32,000 bases of DNA from Rhodobacter capsulatus SB 1003 (GCF_000021865.1 NC_014034.1:3180001-3212000); one strand, 5' to 3'. Counted from the first letter of the stretch, positions 8,782 through 17,224 are shown. The notes: generated by a model not told the origin, from the sequence alone. Translations and numbers: made by a program.

Positions 8782-9414
8782 ATGACCCATGAAGCCTTCG
8801 TCCCTGCCCCGCCGCCCGAGACCGCGCCTTCCGAGGCCGATCTTGTCGCTCTTGTCGGGTCGCGACTCTGCCACGACCTTATCAGCCCTTTGGGGGCGAT
8901 CGGCAACGGGGTGGAGTTGCTGAACATGTCCGGGCTGGCCGACAGCCCCGAGGTGCAGCTGATTTCGCAAAGCGTCGCCGCGGCCAATGCGCGGATCAAG
9001 TTCTTCCGCATCGCCTTTGGCCAGGCCTCGGTCGATCAGCGCATCGGCACCCCGGAAATCCTTGGCGTGCTTGAAGAAATCTCGCGCGGGGGGCGGGTGA
9101 AATACCATTGGCTCGGCGCGGGCGACCAGTCGCGCCGGGTGGTGAAGCTGATCTTCCTCGGGCTCTTGTGCCTTGAACCGGCGTTGCCCTGGGGTGGCGA
9201 AGTCGTGATCACCGAGGAAGACGGCGAATGGCGTCTTGTCGCGCAAGCCAAGCGCACCAAGCCCGATCCCGAGCTTTGGGCGCGGCTCTCTGGCAGCCTG
9301 GTCACGGTCAGCCCGGCGCAGGTGCAGTTCCTGCTGTTGCCGCGCGAGGCCGGGCATCAGGGGCGGCGCGTCGTCTGGGACGTGGCCGAGACAAGCGCCG
9401 AGATCCGGTTCTGA
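8782..9414 (+). CDS. chpT: Histidine phosphotransferase ChpT (CckA-ChpT-CtrA phosphorelay)
   Basis: LVALVGSRLCHDLISPLGAIGNGVELL is the ChpT H-box-like signature. ATG at 8782 after a GGGAGA RBS. It lies divergent from the DUF3553 gene, as is common in alphaproteobacteria. Confidence 0.85.
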   Translation: MTHEAFVPAPPPETAPSEADLVALVGSRLCHDLISPLGAIGNGVELLNMSGLADSPEVQLISQSVAAANARIKFFRIAFGQASVDQRIGTPEILGVLEEISRGGRVKYHWLGAGDQSRRVVKLIFLGLLCLEPALPWGGEVVITEEDGEWRLVAQAKRTKPDPELWARLSGSLVTVSPAQVQFLLLPREAGHQGRRVVWDVAETSAEIRF

Positions 9415-9419
9415 GCCTG

Positions 9420-9446
9420 AGGCGGGCCCCGCGCGGGGCCCTGCCT
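9420..9446. terminator. GC-rich palindromic hairpin between convergent chpT and proA
   Basis: GGGCCCCGC/GCGGGGCCC is a perfect palindrome (9424..9441), extended by flanking AGGC/GCCT. There is no clear U-run. Confidence 0.4.
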
Positions 9447-9500
9447 TACGCGCGGCCCGGCTTACGAACGGCGCGGCTTACGGCGCGGCCCGGCTTACGC
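9443..9500. repeat. About 17-nt tandem reiteration (CTTACG-N10/11, 3.5 units) that includes the proA stop codon
   Basis: The sequence reads ccTTACGcgcggcccgg / cTTACGaacggcgcgg / cTTACGgcgcggcccgg / cTTACGcacgg. The last unit carries the proA TAA (9495-9497 on the minus strand). Confidence 0.7.
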
Positions 9501-10760
9501 ACGGATCGTGCCGTCGCCGCGCACCAGATATTTGAACGAGGTCAGCTGCTCGGCCCCCACCGGGCCGCGCGCATGCAGCTTGCCCGTGGCGATGCCGATT
9601 TCCGCCCCCATGCCGAATTCGCCGCCATCGGCAAACTGCGTCGAGGCGTTGCGCATCAGGATGGCGCTGTCGAGCCGTTCAAAGAACCGTGCCGCGGTGG
9701 CGTCGTTTTCCGTCAGGATCGATTCGGTGTGGCTTGAACCGTAGCGGCGGATATGGGCAATGGCGCCATCGACGCCGTCCACAAGCTTCGCCGCGCAGAT
9801 CATGTCGAGGAATTCACGGCCGAAATCCTCCTCCGCCGCCGGTTTGGTGCCCGGGATATGCGCCAGATCGGCCGAAACCCGCATCTCGACGCCCTTCGCG
9901 ATCAGGTCTTCGATCAGCACCGCGCCGTGTTTTGCGTAAAACGCCCGGTCGATCAGCAGGCATTCCATCGCACCGCAAATGCCCGTCCGGCGGGTTTTCG
10001 CATTCACCACCACACGGCGGGCTTTCTCCAGATCGGCATCGGCATCGGCGTAGATGTGACAGATGCCCTCCAGATGCGCGAAAACCGGCACCCGGGCCTC
10101 GGCCTGCACCAGACCCACGAGCCCCTTGCCGCCGCGCGGCACGATCACGTCGATATGGGCCACGGCGCGCAGCATCGCCGCCACCGCCGCCCGGTCACGG
10201 GTGGGGACCAGCTGGATCGCCGCTTCGGGCAGATCGGCGGCCTTCAGCCCGGCAACCATGCAGGCGTGAATCGCCCGGCTGGAATGGAAGCTTTCCGAGC
10301 CGCCGCGCAAGATCACCGCATTGCCCGCCTTGAGGCACAGCGCACCGGCATCGGCCGTCACGTTGGGCCGCGATTCGTAGATGACGCCGATCACGCCCAG
10401 GGGTGTGCGGACGCGCTGGATGTGCAGCCCCGTCGGCCGGTCCCATTCCGCGATCACCTCGCCCACCGGATCGTGCTGTTCGGCGACGGCGCGCAGCCCC
10501 TCGACGATGCCGCGCAGGCGGGTTTCATCCAGCCTCAGCCGGTCCAGCATCGCGGGGGACAGGCCCTTGTCGCGGCCAAAGATCATGTCTTCGGCATTGG
10601 CGGCCAGGATCTCGTCCTGACGCGCGGCGACGGCCTCGGCGGCGGCGATCAGCGCGGCCCGCTTGCGCGGCGCCGGGGCAAAGGCCAGCTCGGCCGCCGC
10701 GGTCCGGGCCGCCTGGCCCATGGTGTCGATCAGGGTTTTCGCATCCAGCTCGTCGCGCAT
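9495..10760 (-). CDS. proA: Glutamate-5-semialdehyde dehydrogenase
   Basis: [22 protein letters not shown] and THTESI-like (SSHTESILT) ProA motifs. Track ORF 9495..10916 trimmed to the ATG at 10760 (GGAGGA RBS), because the extension runs through the tRNA gene. Confidence 0.93.
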   Translation of the reverse strand: MRDELDAKTLIDTMGQAARTAAAELAFAPAPRKRAALIAAAEAVAARQDEILAANAEDMIFGRDKGLSPAMLDRLRLDETRLRGIVEGLRAVAEQHDPVGEVIAEWDRPTGLHIQRVRTPLGVIGVIYESRPNVTADAGALCLKAGNAVILRGGSESFHSSRAIHACMVAGLKAADLPEAAIQLVPTRDRAAVAAMLRAVAHIDVIVPRGGKGLVGLVQAEARVPVFAHLEGICHIYADADADLEKARRVVVNAKTRRTGICGAMECLLIDRAFYAKHGAVLIEDLIAKGVEMRVSADLAHIPGTKPAAEEDFGREFLDMICAAKLVDGVDGAIAHIRRYGSSHTESILTENDATAARFFERLDSAILMRNASTQFADGGEFGMGAEIGIATGKLHARGPVGAEQLTSFKYLVRGDGTIRA

Positions 10761-10824
10761 CAGACATCCTCCGTTCGGCGCGTGATACGCCACGAAGCGG
10801 GAAGCGTCCAGAGGGAGGGGAAAG

Positions 10825-10901
10825 TGGCGCGGTTGACGGGGCTCGAACCCGCGACCCCCGGCGTGACAGGCCGGTACTCTAACCAACTGAGCTACAACCG
10901 C
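10825..10901 (-). tRNA. tRNA-Asp (anticodon GUC), copy 1
   Basis: Hand-folded cloverleaf on the minus strand: GCGGTTG TA GCTC AGTTGGTTA GAGT A CCGGC CTGTCAC GCCGG GGGTC GCGGG TTCGAGC CCCGT CAACCGC G CCA. It is 77 nt with an encoded CCA. Confidence 0.93.
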
Positions 10902-10912
10902 GCGATGGGCGT

Positions 10913-10941
10913 TCACTACCGGCTGCGGCCGAGGGCGTCAA
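10913..10941 (-). promoter_or_regulatory. Candidate promoter of tRNA-Asp copy 1 (TTGACG-N17-TAGTGA on the minus strand)
   Basis: -35 at 10941..10936 and -10 at 10918..10913, with the -10 ending 11 nt upstream of the tRNA 5' end. The architecture is shared with copy 2. This is a motif match only. Confidence 0.4.
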
Positions 10942-11006
10942 GCGGGAAAGCGCAGTTGTTTGACGGGGGCGGTCGGGTAAGCTGGGTGGAGTGTGAGGGG
11001 TGCGAG

Positions 11007-12137
11007 ATGACCGAGGCAGAGAAGGCCTATCAGGCCGCACTGGAAGAAATCGAGCGGGTGAAGCGGGAGGGGAGGAAGTACATTAGCCTAACCAACAAGC
11101 ATTTTCGCGAACTTGACCGGCTTCCCCCGGAACTTTCGCAGCTTTCTGGACTATCAAGTATAGACATAAGAAGCACAGCCATCGCGGACATTGCCCCCGT
11201 TGCAGAGCTTTACAAGCTACAAGGGCTCGATCTCAGCAACACTGCAGTGACCGACCTATCCCCGCTGGCCAAATTACTTCAATTGTCAGACGTTATATTG
11301 CGCGGCACTGCAGTTTCCGATTTGAGGCCATTAAGCAAGTTGGAGCAACTCGGAACAAGGGGGTTGCCCGGCCTTGCTTTCACTAAAACTCTCGCAACTG
11401 AGTGCGACGCTGAGTTGGCGAAGCTATCGAAGATAGAAGACGTCGAAACGCGTTCACTTGCAACCCTCGCCTATCTGAACACCCTGCCGCCGTGGCCCGA
11501 GCCCTATCTGCCCAAAGCCCGCCCCGACGGCAAACCGCCCGAGTGGATCGGACTGAGGGACGGGGACCGCCCGCCTTTGTCTCCGTCTCCGATTCCCGGT
11601 CGCGGCCTTGTGCCCCCGGCGGGGCTGCGCAGATTGACGCTTTCGGATGCGCGGGCGCTTCTGGAAACCGGCCATCCGATCCTGCGGGACCGCTGTCAGC
11701 GCGTCGTGGCGGATATTGACGAGGCGCTGGCCTTGCAGGCGATCCGCATTCCGAACGATCCCGATCAGCTTGCCGCCCATGAAGCCCTGTCGCGGACGCT
11801 TGTGCTTTGCAAGGCGGCCCTGATGGGCATTCACGATGCGATCCCCGAAGACCTCTCCGATCAGCCGATCGACGATGTGGCGGCGGGGCGGCTGCGGGCG
11901 GCCTTTGATGCGGCGCTTGAAAGCCTGAAAGAGGCCGCGCGCTACATCGACCGCAAGGATCACACGCCCACTTATGGCGGATTGCTGCGGCTGGGCGCGG
12001 CAACCGGGGTGGCCTCGATCATGGCGATGGCTCCGGGGGTGACGCTCGCCGTCGCTCTCCCCACGGTCTATGCCTGCCTTTATGGGCCGGAGGCGGCGAA
12101 GGCCTTGAAAGAGTTCGGCAAGCTGGGTGGCTCCTGA
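11007..12137 (+). CDS. Leucine-rich-repeat protein with an unknown C-terminal domain and a hydrophobic tail
   Basis: ATG at 11007, the last 376 aa of track ORF 9753..12137. There are about 22-residue repeats of form LxxLxxLDLSxTxVxDLxPLxxL (LSSIDIRSTAIADIAPVAEL, LQGLDLSNTAVTDLSPLAKL, LSDVILRGTAVSDLRPLSKL). I recognise no family for the C-terminal half. Hydrophobic segment GVASIMAMAPGVTLAVALPTVYACL near the C-terminus. Confidence 0.7.
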   Translation: MTEAEKAYQAALEEIERVKREGRKYISLTNKHFRELDRLPPELSQLSGLSSIDIRSTAIADIAPVAELYKLQGLDLSNTAVTDLSPLAKLLQLSDVILRGTAVSDLRPLSKLEQLGTRGLPGLAFTKTLATECDAELAKLSKIEDVETRSLATLAYLNTLPPWPEPYLPKARPDGKPPEWIGLRDGDRPPLSPSPIPGRGLVPPAGLRRLTLSDARALLETGHPILRDRCQRVVADIDEALALQAIRIPNDPDQLAAHEALSRTLVLCKAALMGIHDAIPEDLSDQPIDDVAAGRLRAAFDAALESLKEAARYIDRKDHTPTYGGLLRLGAATGVASIMAMAPGVTLAVALPTVYACLYGPEAAKALKEFGKLGGS

Positions 12138-12163
12138 CGGCAAACCGAAAGAAGGCCGCATCC

Positions 12164-12200
12164 CGGGCGGAAGCGGAAAGGCACCGCCTTTCCCCGCCCG
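12164..12200 (+). repeat. Intergenic repeat copy B, hairpin 1: CGGGCGG-AAGC-GGAAAGGC-ACC-GCCTTTCC-CCGCCCG
   Basis: Matches 3342..3378 except for the 4-nt bulge. It starts 27 nt after the LRR gene stop. Confidence 0.85.
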
Positions 12201-12352
12201 TCGCGACCAAGCTGCGGCAAGACCGTTTCCACCCGCGTGACAGAGGCCAGCGCCCAGCCCCGGCGGGCGAGAAGCGCCCGCCAGTGGCGCGGGGCGGGCG
12301 CTGGCCGAGGGCCTTTGGGGCCCTCGGCGGTCTTGGGGCAAATGTCGCGCAG

Positions 12353-12374
12353 GGCCAAGGCGATGGCCTTGGCC
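12353..12374 (+). repeat. Intergenic repeat copy B, hairpin 2: GGCCAAGGC-GATG-GCCTTGGCC
   Basis: Counterpart of 3450..3471 with compensatory stem changes. Copy B also has about 100 nt of extra GC-rich hairpins between hairpins 1 and 2, for example GCCGAGGGCC-TTTG-GGGCCCTCGGC at about 12304..12329. Confidence 0.8.
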
Positions 12375-12452
12375 ATATGTGATGAGTGCTCAAGAAACCT
12401 GACCCTCAGCGATCCGCCCGAACCGGGGTCGGACAGGCCAAGGCGAAAAAAC

Positions 12453-12481
12453 AAAAGCCCCCGCTGTCGCGAGGGCTTTTT
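12453..12481. terminator. Intrinsic terminator downstream of tRNA-Asp copy 2 (usable on both strands)
   Basis: AAAAGCCCCCGC-TGTC-GCGAGGGCTTTTT has one mismatch in the stem. On the minus strand it is followed by CTTTTGTTTTTT, and it lies immediately 3' of the tRNA. Confidence 0.7.
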
Positions 12482-12486
12482 GAAAG

Positions 12487-12563
12487 TGGCGCGGTTGACG
12501 GGGCTCGAACCCGCGACCCCCGGCGTGACAGGCCGGTACTCTAACCAACTGAGCTACAACCGC
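12487..12563 (-). tRNA. tRNA-Asp (anticodon GUC), copy 2, identical to copy 1
   Basis: The same 77 nt as 10825..10901. Identity extends only 5 nt (3' side) and 3 nt (5' side) beyond the tRNA. Confidence 0.93.
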
Positions 12564-12599
12564 GCATTTCTCCCGGGCCGTAACCGCGGGCGTGGGAGG

Positions 12600-12628
12600 C
12601 TTCTACGCATCCACGCCCCCCCCGTCAA
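12600..12628 (-). promoter_or_regulatory. Candidate promoter of tRNA-Asp copy 2 (TTGACG-N17-TAGAAG on the minus strand)
   Basis: -35 at 12628..12623 and -10 at 12605..12600. The spacer begins with a G7 homopolymer (a C8 run at 12616-12623 on the plus strand, its last C belonging to the -35 hexamer). This is a motif match only. Confidence 0.35.
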
Positions 12629-12654
12629 GCGGTGAAACGCGAAAATTTCACCGC
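12629..12654 (-). terminator. Hairpin after the SorC-regulator stop (GCGGTGAAA-N8-TTTCACCGC)
   Basis: 9-bp perfect stem built from a reiterated copy of the gene's last codons. There is no long U-run. Confidence 0.4.
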
Positions 12655-12671
12655 AGCAGCGCTGCAAATTT

Positions 12672-13664
12672 TCACCGCAGCAGCGCGGCAAATTCCGCCT
12701 GCTCCTCTTCGTCGAGTAAAGCCACCGCCGTGCGGCTGTCGGTCACCAGATCCTGCAGCAGATGCCCCGCCAGCGCCGCATGCAGCGCCACGACCTTGTC
12801 CGTCCCGCCCGCCAGACCGATCACCCGGCGACGCAGGAAATCGGGCGCGGCGGGCGCCAGGGTGCGGGCGGCCAGGGCACTGGGCAATTCGCGGCCCTCT
12901 GCGTCGAAGAATCGGCCCAGAATCTCGCAGGCGGCGCCCAGACCGACGATTTCGGCCAGATCCTCGGTGCCGATCATGCCGAACTGATGCAGCTGGTTTT
13001 CCGGCGCCCCGCGCCCGATGCCCACCACCCAGACCTCGGCCTGCAGCGCCATCTCGGCGACCCGGCGCAGCATCGGCTGACGCAGCAGATCCGCCGCTTC
13101 CTCGGGCGTGCTTGCGTAAAGCGCCGTCGGCAGGGGAAAGGCCTGCGCCCCCAGCCGCTGCGCGATCTGGTGCATCACCGCATGCGGATAGGCGGCATGG
13201 CCGAAGGTCAGCTCGCCCAGAAGCGAGACGAAGCGCAGCTGCCCGATCCGCATCTCGGGCAGCTGCGCGACCATGGCGGCGATGGTGCGCCCATGCGACA
13301 GCCCGATGATGCCCGGCGCCGAGCGCGCCTGCAGCACCCGCACCAGATGCCGCGCGGCGGCGGCGGCGATCATCGGGACCGGGTCGGTCTGATCGGGCGG
13401 CATCAGCGCGATGCAGACGGTGCCCAGCCCGAAGCGGTCGCGCAGACGGCGGGCAAGACGGCGGATCAGCCGCGCCCCCTCGGCGGCATCCGGCACCGGC
13501 ACGGCCACGCTTGGCCGCTGCTCCAGCAGCGCCTGCACCCGGTCGGGCGGCAGACCAAGCCGCCAGCCGATTTCCGTGACCGAGAGGCCGCCGATGTCAT
13601 GCAGCCAGCGCGCCCGCGATTCGGGCGTGTCGGGATGAGGGAGCCTGTGCGGCGGGGCTGTCAT
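12672..13664 (-). CDS. SorC/DeoR-family sugar-binding transcriptional regulator
   Basis: N-terminal HTH (LSVTEIGWRLGLPPDRVQALL) plus a C-terminal sugar-phosphate-binding domain (VVGIGR..., EILGRFFDAEG, IGLAGGTDKV). Its ATG overlaps the upstream stop (ATGA at 13661-13664). Confidence 0.8.
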   Translation of the reverse strand: MTAPPHRLPHPDTPESRARWLHDIGGLSVTEIGWRLGLPPDRVQALLEQRPSVAVPVPDAAEGARLIRRLARRLRDRFGLGTVCIALMPPDQTDPVPMIAAAAARHLVRVLQARSAPGIIGLSHGRTIAAMVAQLPEMRIGQLRFVSLLGELTFGHAAYPHAVMHQIAQRLGAQAFPLPTALYASTPEEAADLLRQPMLRRVAEMALQAEVWVVGIGRGAPENQLHQFGMIGTEDLAEIVGLGAACEILGRFFDAEGRELPSALAARTLAPAAPDFLRRRVIGLAGGTDKVVALHAALAGHLLQDLVTDSRTAVALLDEEEQAEFAALLR

Positions 13665-16243
13665 GCGCCTGATCCTCCGATACCGGCCAGAGCGACGGCG
13701 CGCGGCCGCGGCTCTTCGGCCAGATAGCGCGCCTCGAAACTGCGCAAGCCCAGCGGCCGCCCCAGCAGGAAGCCCTGCATCGCCGGACAGCCCTCCTCCT
13801 TCAGGATGCTGAACTGCGCCTCGGTCTCGACGCCCTCGGCGATCGCGCGCAGGCCAAGCGCCCCCGCCATCGCCAGGATCGCCCGCATCAGCGCCCGGGC
13901 GCGGCCGGGCTCGGGCCCTTCAAGGCCGCGCACGAAGGAGCGGTCGATCTTGATCTCCGCCACCGGCAGGCTTTGCAGCACCCCCAGCGCCGATTGCCCG
14001 GTGCCGAAATCGTCGATCGCGATCTTGTAGCCGACGTCGCGCAGCCGTTCCAGATTGCGCCGCTGCCGCAGCCCCGGCGCGGCCAGCCCGGTCTCGGTCA
14101 GCTCCACCGTCACCTGTTCGGGGTCCAGCCCGACGCGCAACAGCCGCTCGGCCAGATCGGCATGGCCCGGCTCGTCCAGCGTCGTCGCATTGATGTTCAC
14201 CGCCAGCGGCAGCCGGATCCCCCGCGCGGCCCAATCAGCCATCATCGTCCCGGCCAGCCGCATCACCTCGAGGTCGATCGCCGAGACCAGACCGTCCACC
14301 TCGGCCACCGGAATGAACTCCGCGGGCGAGATCGGCCCCAGCTCGGCATCGGTCAGCCGCAAGAGCGCCTCGGCGCCGATCAGCCGGATCCCCTCGCGCA
14401 CGTCGAATTTCGGCTGCAGATGCAGCTCGAAGCTGCTCTCCTCCAGCGCCCGGTGCAAGGCCTGCGCCACCGCCGTGCGGCGTTCGAACTGCGCCCCGAT
14501 CTCGGGCGAGAACAGCGTCACCGTGTTGCGGCCGCGCGCCTTCGACTGGTGCATCGCCATGTCGGCCGCGCGCAAAAGCGCCTCGGCGCAGCCGCCCGGC
14601 CCCGCGTGCAGCGCCACCCCGATCGAGACGGTCAGGAAACATTGCCGCCGCTGCAGCCGCATCGGCCGGGCAAAGGCGCGCACGATGTCCCAGCTGCGCG
14701 ATTCGGCGGCCAGGGCATCCGCCCCGGGCAGCAGGACGACGAATTCGTCCTCGTTCGTGCGCGCCAGCAGCGCCCCCTCGGGCAGGCCCTGTTCCAGCCG
14801 CTTCGCCGCCGATTTGATCAGCTGATCCGCGGTTTCGTGGCCCAAAGTGTCGTTGATCAGCCGGTGATTGTCGAAATCGATGCACAGAACCGCGATCCCG
14901 CCGCCCTCGGCCTCCAGACAGGTCAGCCTTTCGCCCAGACGCCGCATCATCAGATAGCGGTCGGGCAGGCCGGTCATCAGATCATGGGTGGCGATGAAGC
15001 GGGCATTGTCGATCGATTGTTCCAGTTGCTGGCCCAGATCGTGCAGGGTGGTGATGTCCGAGAGCGACAGCAAAAGCCGCCCGTCGCCGGGATCGCCCGG
15101 CAACACCACCAGATCGACCTGCAACAGCCGCAGCCGCCCGGCGCGGCGCAGCCGGATCAGCACCGGGCCGCTGTGCTCCGGATCCTCCATCGCGGCGCAC
15201 AGATCCGCCCGCCCCTCTTCGATCGGCAGCAGGTCGAACATGGCGCGTCCACAGACCGCGCCCGTGCCGCAGCCCATCAGCGCACAGGCCTCGGGATTGG
15301 CCAGCACGATCCGGTCCTGCGCATCCAGCACGATCTTGCCGCTGGGCAGCGCATCCAGGATCGTCGTCAGCCGGTCGCGTTCGCGCGCCAGCGCGCCCTC
15401 CAGCGTCGAGACCGCGGTCATGTCCAGATCGCAGCCCATCAAAAGGCTGATCTCGCCCGCGGGGTCCCAGCGCACGGCGCGGCAAAAGGACAGGAAGGTG
15501 ACCCAATGCCCCAGCCGATGCCGCGAACGCGACAGATGTTGCACCAGCGCGCCGCGGCGCAGGCGGGCGCGCGTCTCGGCGGACTCGAACCCCGCGACAT
15601 CCTCGGGGTGGCTCATCCGCGCCCAGTCGTCGTGGGTGAGCGGCTCCAGATCCTCGGCGCCGTAGCCGAGCCGGTCCTTCCACGAGGCCGAGACGTTCAA
15701 CGCGCCGCTGCGCAGATCGACATTCCACGACGAGGTGGGGGTGATGCCGGCGTTTTCCAGCGTGCTGCGCGCCACCTGCAGCGCGGCATCCAGACGAAAA
15801 AGCCGCCCCGAGGCCGCAGAGGACGCGCCGGGCGCGGCAGGCTCGGCCGGTTCGAGACAGGTCAGGATGAAATCCTCGCCCCCCGGCCCCCAGCGCAGGC
15901 GCAACAGGATCCCCCGCGCCGAAGACATCTCGGGCAGGTCCAGCCCCAGCCGCACCGGATCGGTGTCACAGCGCAGGAAACGGCCCAGATCGGCGCGGTC
16001 GTCGGGGTGGAAAAGCTGCGCGAAGACGGCCAGATCAAGGGTCAGATCCCCAAAGGCAGAGCCCAGAACGATCCGCGGTCCGGCTGCGGTGGTCCGCAGG
16101 CGCCAGGACAGCTCGCCGACACAAGCGGACGCCAGAGCGTCGGTTGCCGGATCGAAACGGGGGTTGCGAACGGCCAATCTTGTCTCCGGGTTCTTCCTTT
16201 CGTGCGAAAGCCTACCATGGTTTCGCGCATGGGGCGAGTGCAA
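13661..16243 (-). CDS. PAS / degenerate GGDEF / EAL protein, likely a c-di-GMP phosphodiesterase
   Basis: EAL signature (GAEALLRL, IAIDDFGTGQS, EIKIDRSF). The GGDEF site reads NEDEF (14741..14755). PAS-like region (ILDALPSGKIVLDAQDRIVLANPEA). The start is uncertain: the track start at 16243 is TTG, and an alternative TTG at 16177 follows a GGAGA RBS. Confidence 0.85.
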   Translation of the reverse strand: MHSPHARNHGRLSHERKNPETRLAVRNPRFDPATDALASACVGELSWRLRTTAAGPRIVLGSAFGDLTLDLAVFAQLFHPDDRADLGRFLRCDTDPVRLGLDLPEMSSARGILLRLRWGPGGEDFILTCLEPAEPAAPGASSAASGRLFRLDAALQVARSTLENAGITPTSSWNVDLRSGALNVSASWKDRLGYGAEDLEPLTHDDWARMSHPEDVAGFESAETRARLRRGALVQHLSRSRHRLGHWVTFLSFCRAVRWDPAGEISLLMGCDLDMTAVSTLEGALARERDRLTTILDALPSGKIVLDAQDRIVLANPEACALMGCGTGAVCGRAMFDLLPIEEGRADLCAAMEDPEHSGPVLIRLRRAGRLRLLQVDLVVLPGDPGDGRLLLSLSDITTLHDLGQQLEQSIDNARFIATHDLMTGLPDRYLMMRRLGERLTCLEAEGGGIAVLCIDFDNHRLINDTLGHETADQLIKSAAKRLEQGLPEGALLARTNEDEFVVLLPGADALAAESRSWDIVRAFARPMRLQRRQCFLTVSIGVALHAGPGGCAEALLRAADMAMHQSKARGRNTVTLFSPEIGAQFERRTAVAQALHRALEESSFELHLQPKFDVREGIRLIGAEALLRLTDAELGPISPAEFIPVAEVDGLVSAIDLEVMRLAGTMMADWAARGIRLPLAVNINATTLDEPGHADLAERLLRVGLDPEQVTVELTETGLAAPGLRQRRNLERLRDVGYKIAIDDFGTGQSALGVLQSLPVAEIKIDRSFVRGLEGPEPGRARALMRAILAMAGALGLRAIAEGVETEAQFSILKEEGCPAMQGFLLGRPLGLRSFEARYLAEEPRPRAVALAGIGGSGA

Positions 16244-16273
16244 TCACTCAACCCAGACATGTCCCGCCACGCG

Positions 16274-17224
16274 TCAGACGGCCCCCGGCACCGGGGTGCG
16301 GCGGTCGGCCGCGGTCAGGCAGATCAGCTCGGCGCCAAGGCGCGCCGCCAGCGCCCGGCCCCGGCTTTCGCCCAGCACCATGCAGGCGCTGGCCAGGGCA
16401 TCGGCGCGGATGCAGCTTTCGGCCAGCACCGTGGCCGAGGCCGGACCGCCGATCAGCGGCGCCCCGCGCGCGGGGTCCATCGTATGCGCCAGATGGCGGT
16501 CGCCGACCCGGACCCAATGCCGGTAATCGCCCGAGGTGGCGATGGCGAGATCGGTCAGTTCGAACATCGCATGGATGGCGCGATGGCCGAAATCGGGGCG
16601 TTCAAGCGCCACCGCCCAGCCGCGGTCGTTTCCGTCCCGGTCTTTCGGAGGTTTTCCAATGGCGCGCAGCTCGCCATCAATCGCGGCCAGCGCGCAGGTG
16701 ATCCCCGCCGCGCGGGCCGCCGCGATCAGCCGGTCAACCCCGTAACCCTTGGCGATGCCGCACAGATCGAGGCTCATTTCGGCGTGCTTGCGGGCGCGGC
16801 CCCGCGCGGGGTCCAGCTCCAGCACCTCGAAACTGGGGCGGCGCGGCTTTGCCATCGCGGCGCGGATCGCGGCTTCGTCGGCGGGCACCGGGCCGAAGCC
16901 CCAGGCGCGGACGGCATCGCCCATCGCGATCTCGAAGGCGCCGCCGCTTTCCCGACCGATGACCAGCGCTTCGACCAGCACCTCCATCAGCTCGGGCGGC
17001 AGATCCCGCCATTCCCCCAGCGGCGCCGCGTTGAAGCGCATCAAGTCGCTGTCGGGCTTCCAGGTCGACATCTGCGCGTCGATCCGGTCCACCTCGGCCT
17101 GACAGGCGGCGCGCAGCGGGGCCGGGTCGAAGCCCGGCTCCGGATGCAGCGTCAGCGCCCAGCGCGTGCCCATCGTCGCCCCGTTCAGCACCAGACGGGC
17201 GTTCTTAATAGACATCTTCGGCAT
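16274..17224 (-). CDS. apbE: FAD:protein FMN transferase (flavinylase) ApbE
   Basis: GATMGTRW, LCGIAKGYGVD, ATSGDYR and HTMDPARG motifs are typical of ApbE. The start (17224 or 17215) overlaps the upstream stop. There is no room for an N-terminal signal or lipoprotein peptide before GATMGT. Confidence 0.88.
   Translation of the reverse strand: MPKMSIKNARLVLNGATMGTRWALTLHPEPGFDPAPLRAACQAEVDRIDAQMSTWKPDSDLMRFNAAPLGEWRDLPPELMEVLVEALVIGRESGGAFEIAMGDAVRAWGFGPVPADEAAIRAAMAKPRRPSFEVLELDPARGRARKHAEMSLDLCGIAKGYGVDRLIAAARAAGITCALAAIDGELRAIGKPPKDRDGNDRGWAVALERPDFGHRAIHAMFELTDLAIATSGDYRHWVRVGDRHLAHTMDPARGAPLIGGPASATVLAESCIRADALASACMVLGESRGRALAARLGAELICLTAADRRTPVPGAV

Noticed and set aside
9753-11006. 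N-terminal 418 residues of track ORF 9753..12137
   Set aside because: This part is antisense to proA and reads straight through tRNA-Asp copy 1. Only the portion from the ATG at 11007 (LRR protein) has coding character.
9443-12690. CRISPR array or other spacer-repeat structure
   Set aside because: The only short tandem arrays (9443..9500 and 12644..12690) have 2-4 contiguous units with no unique spacers. No cas-like genes are present.
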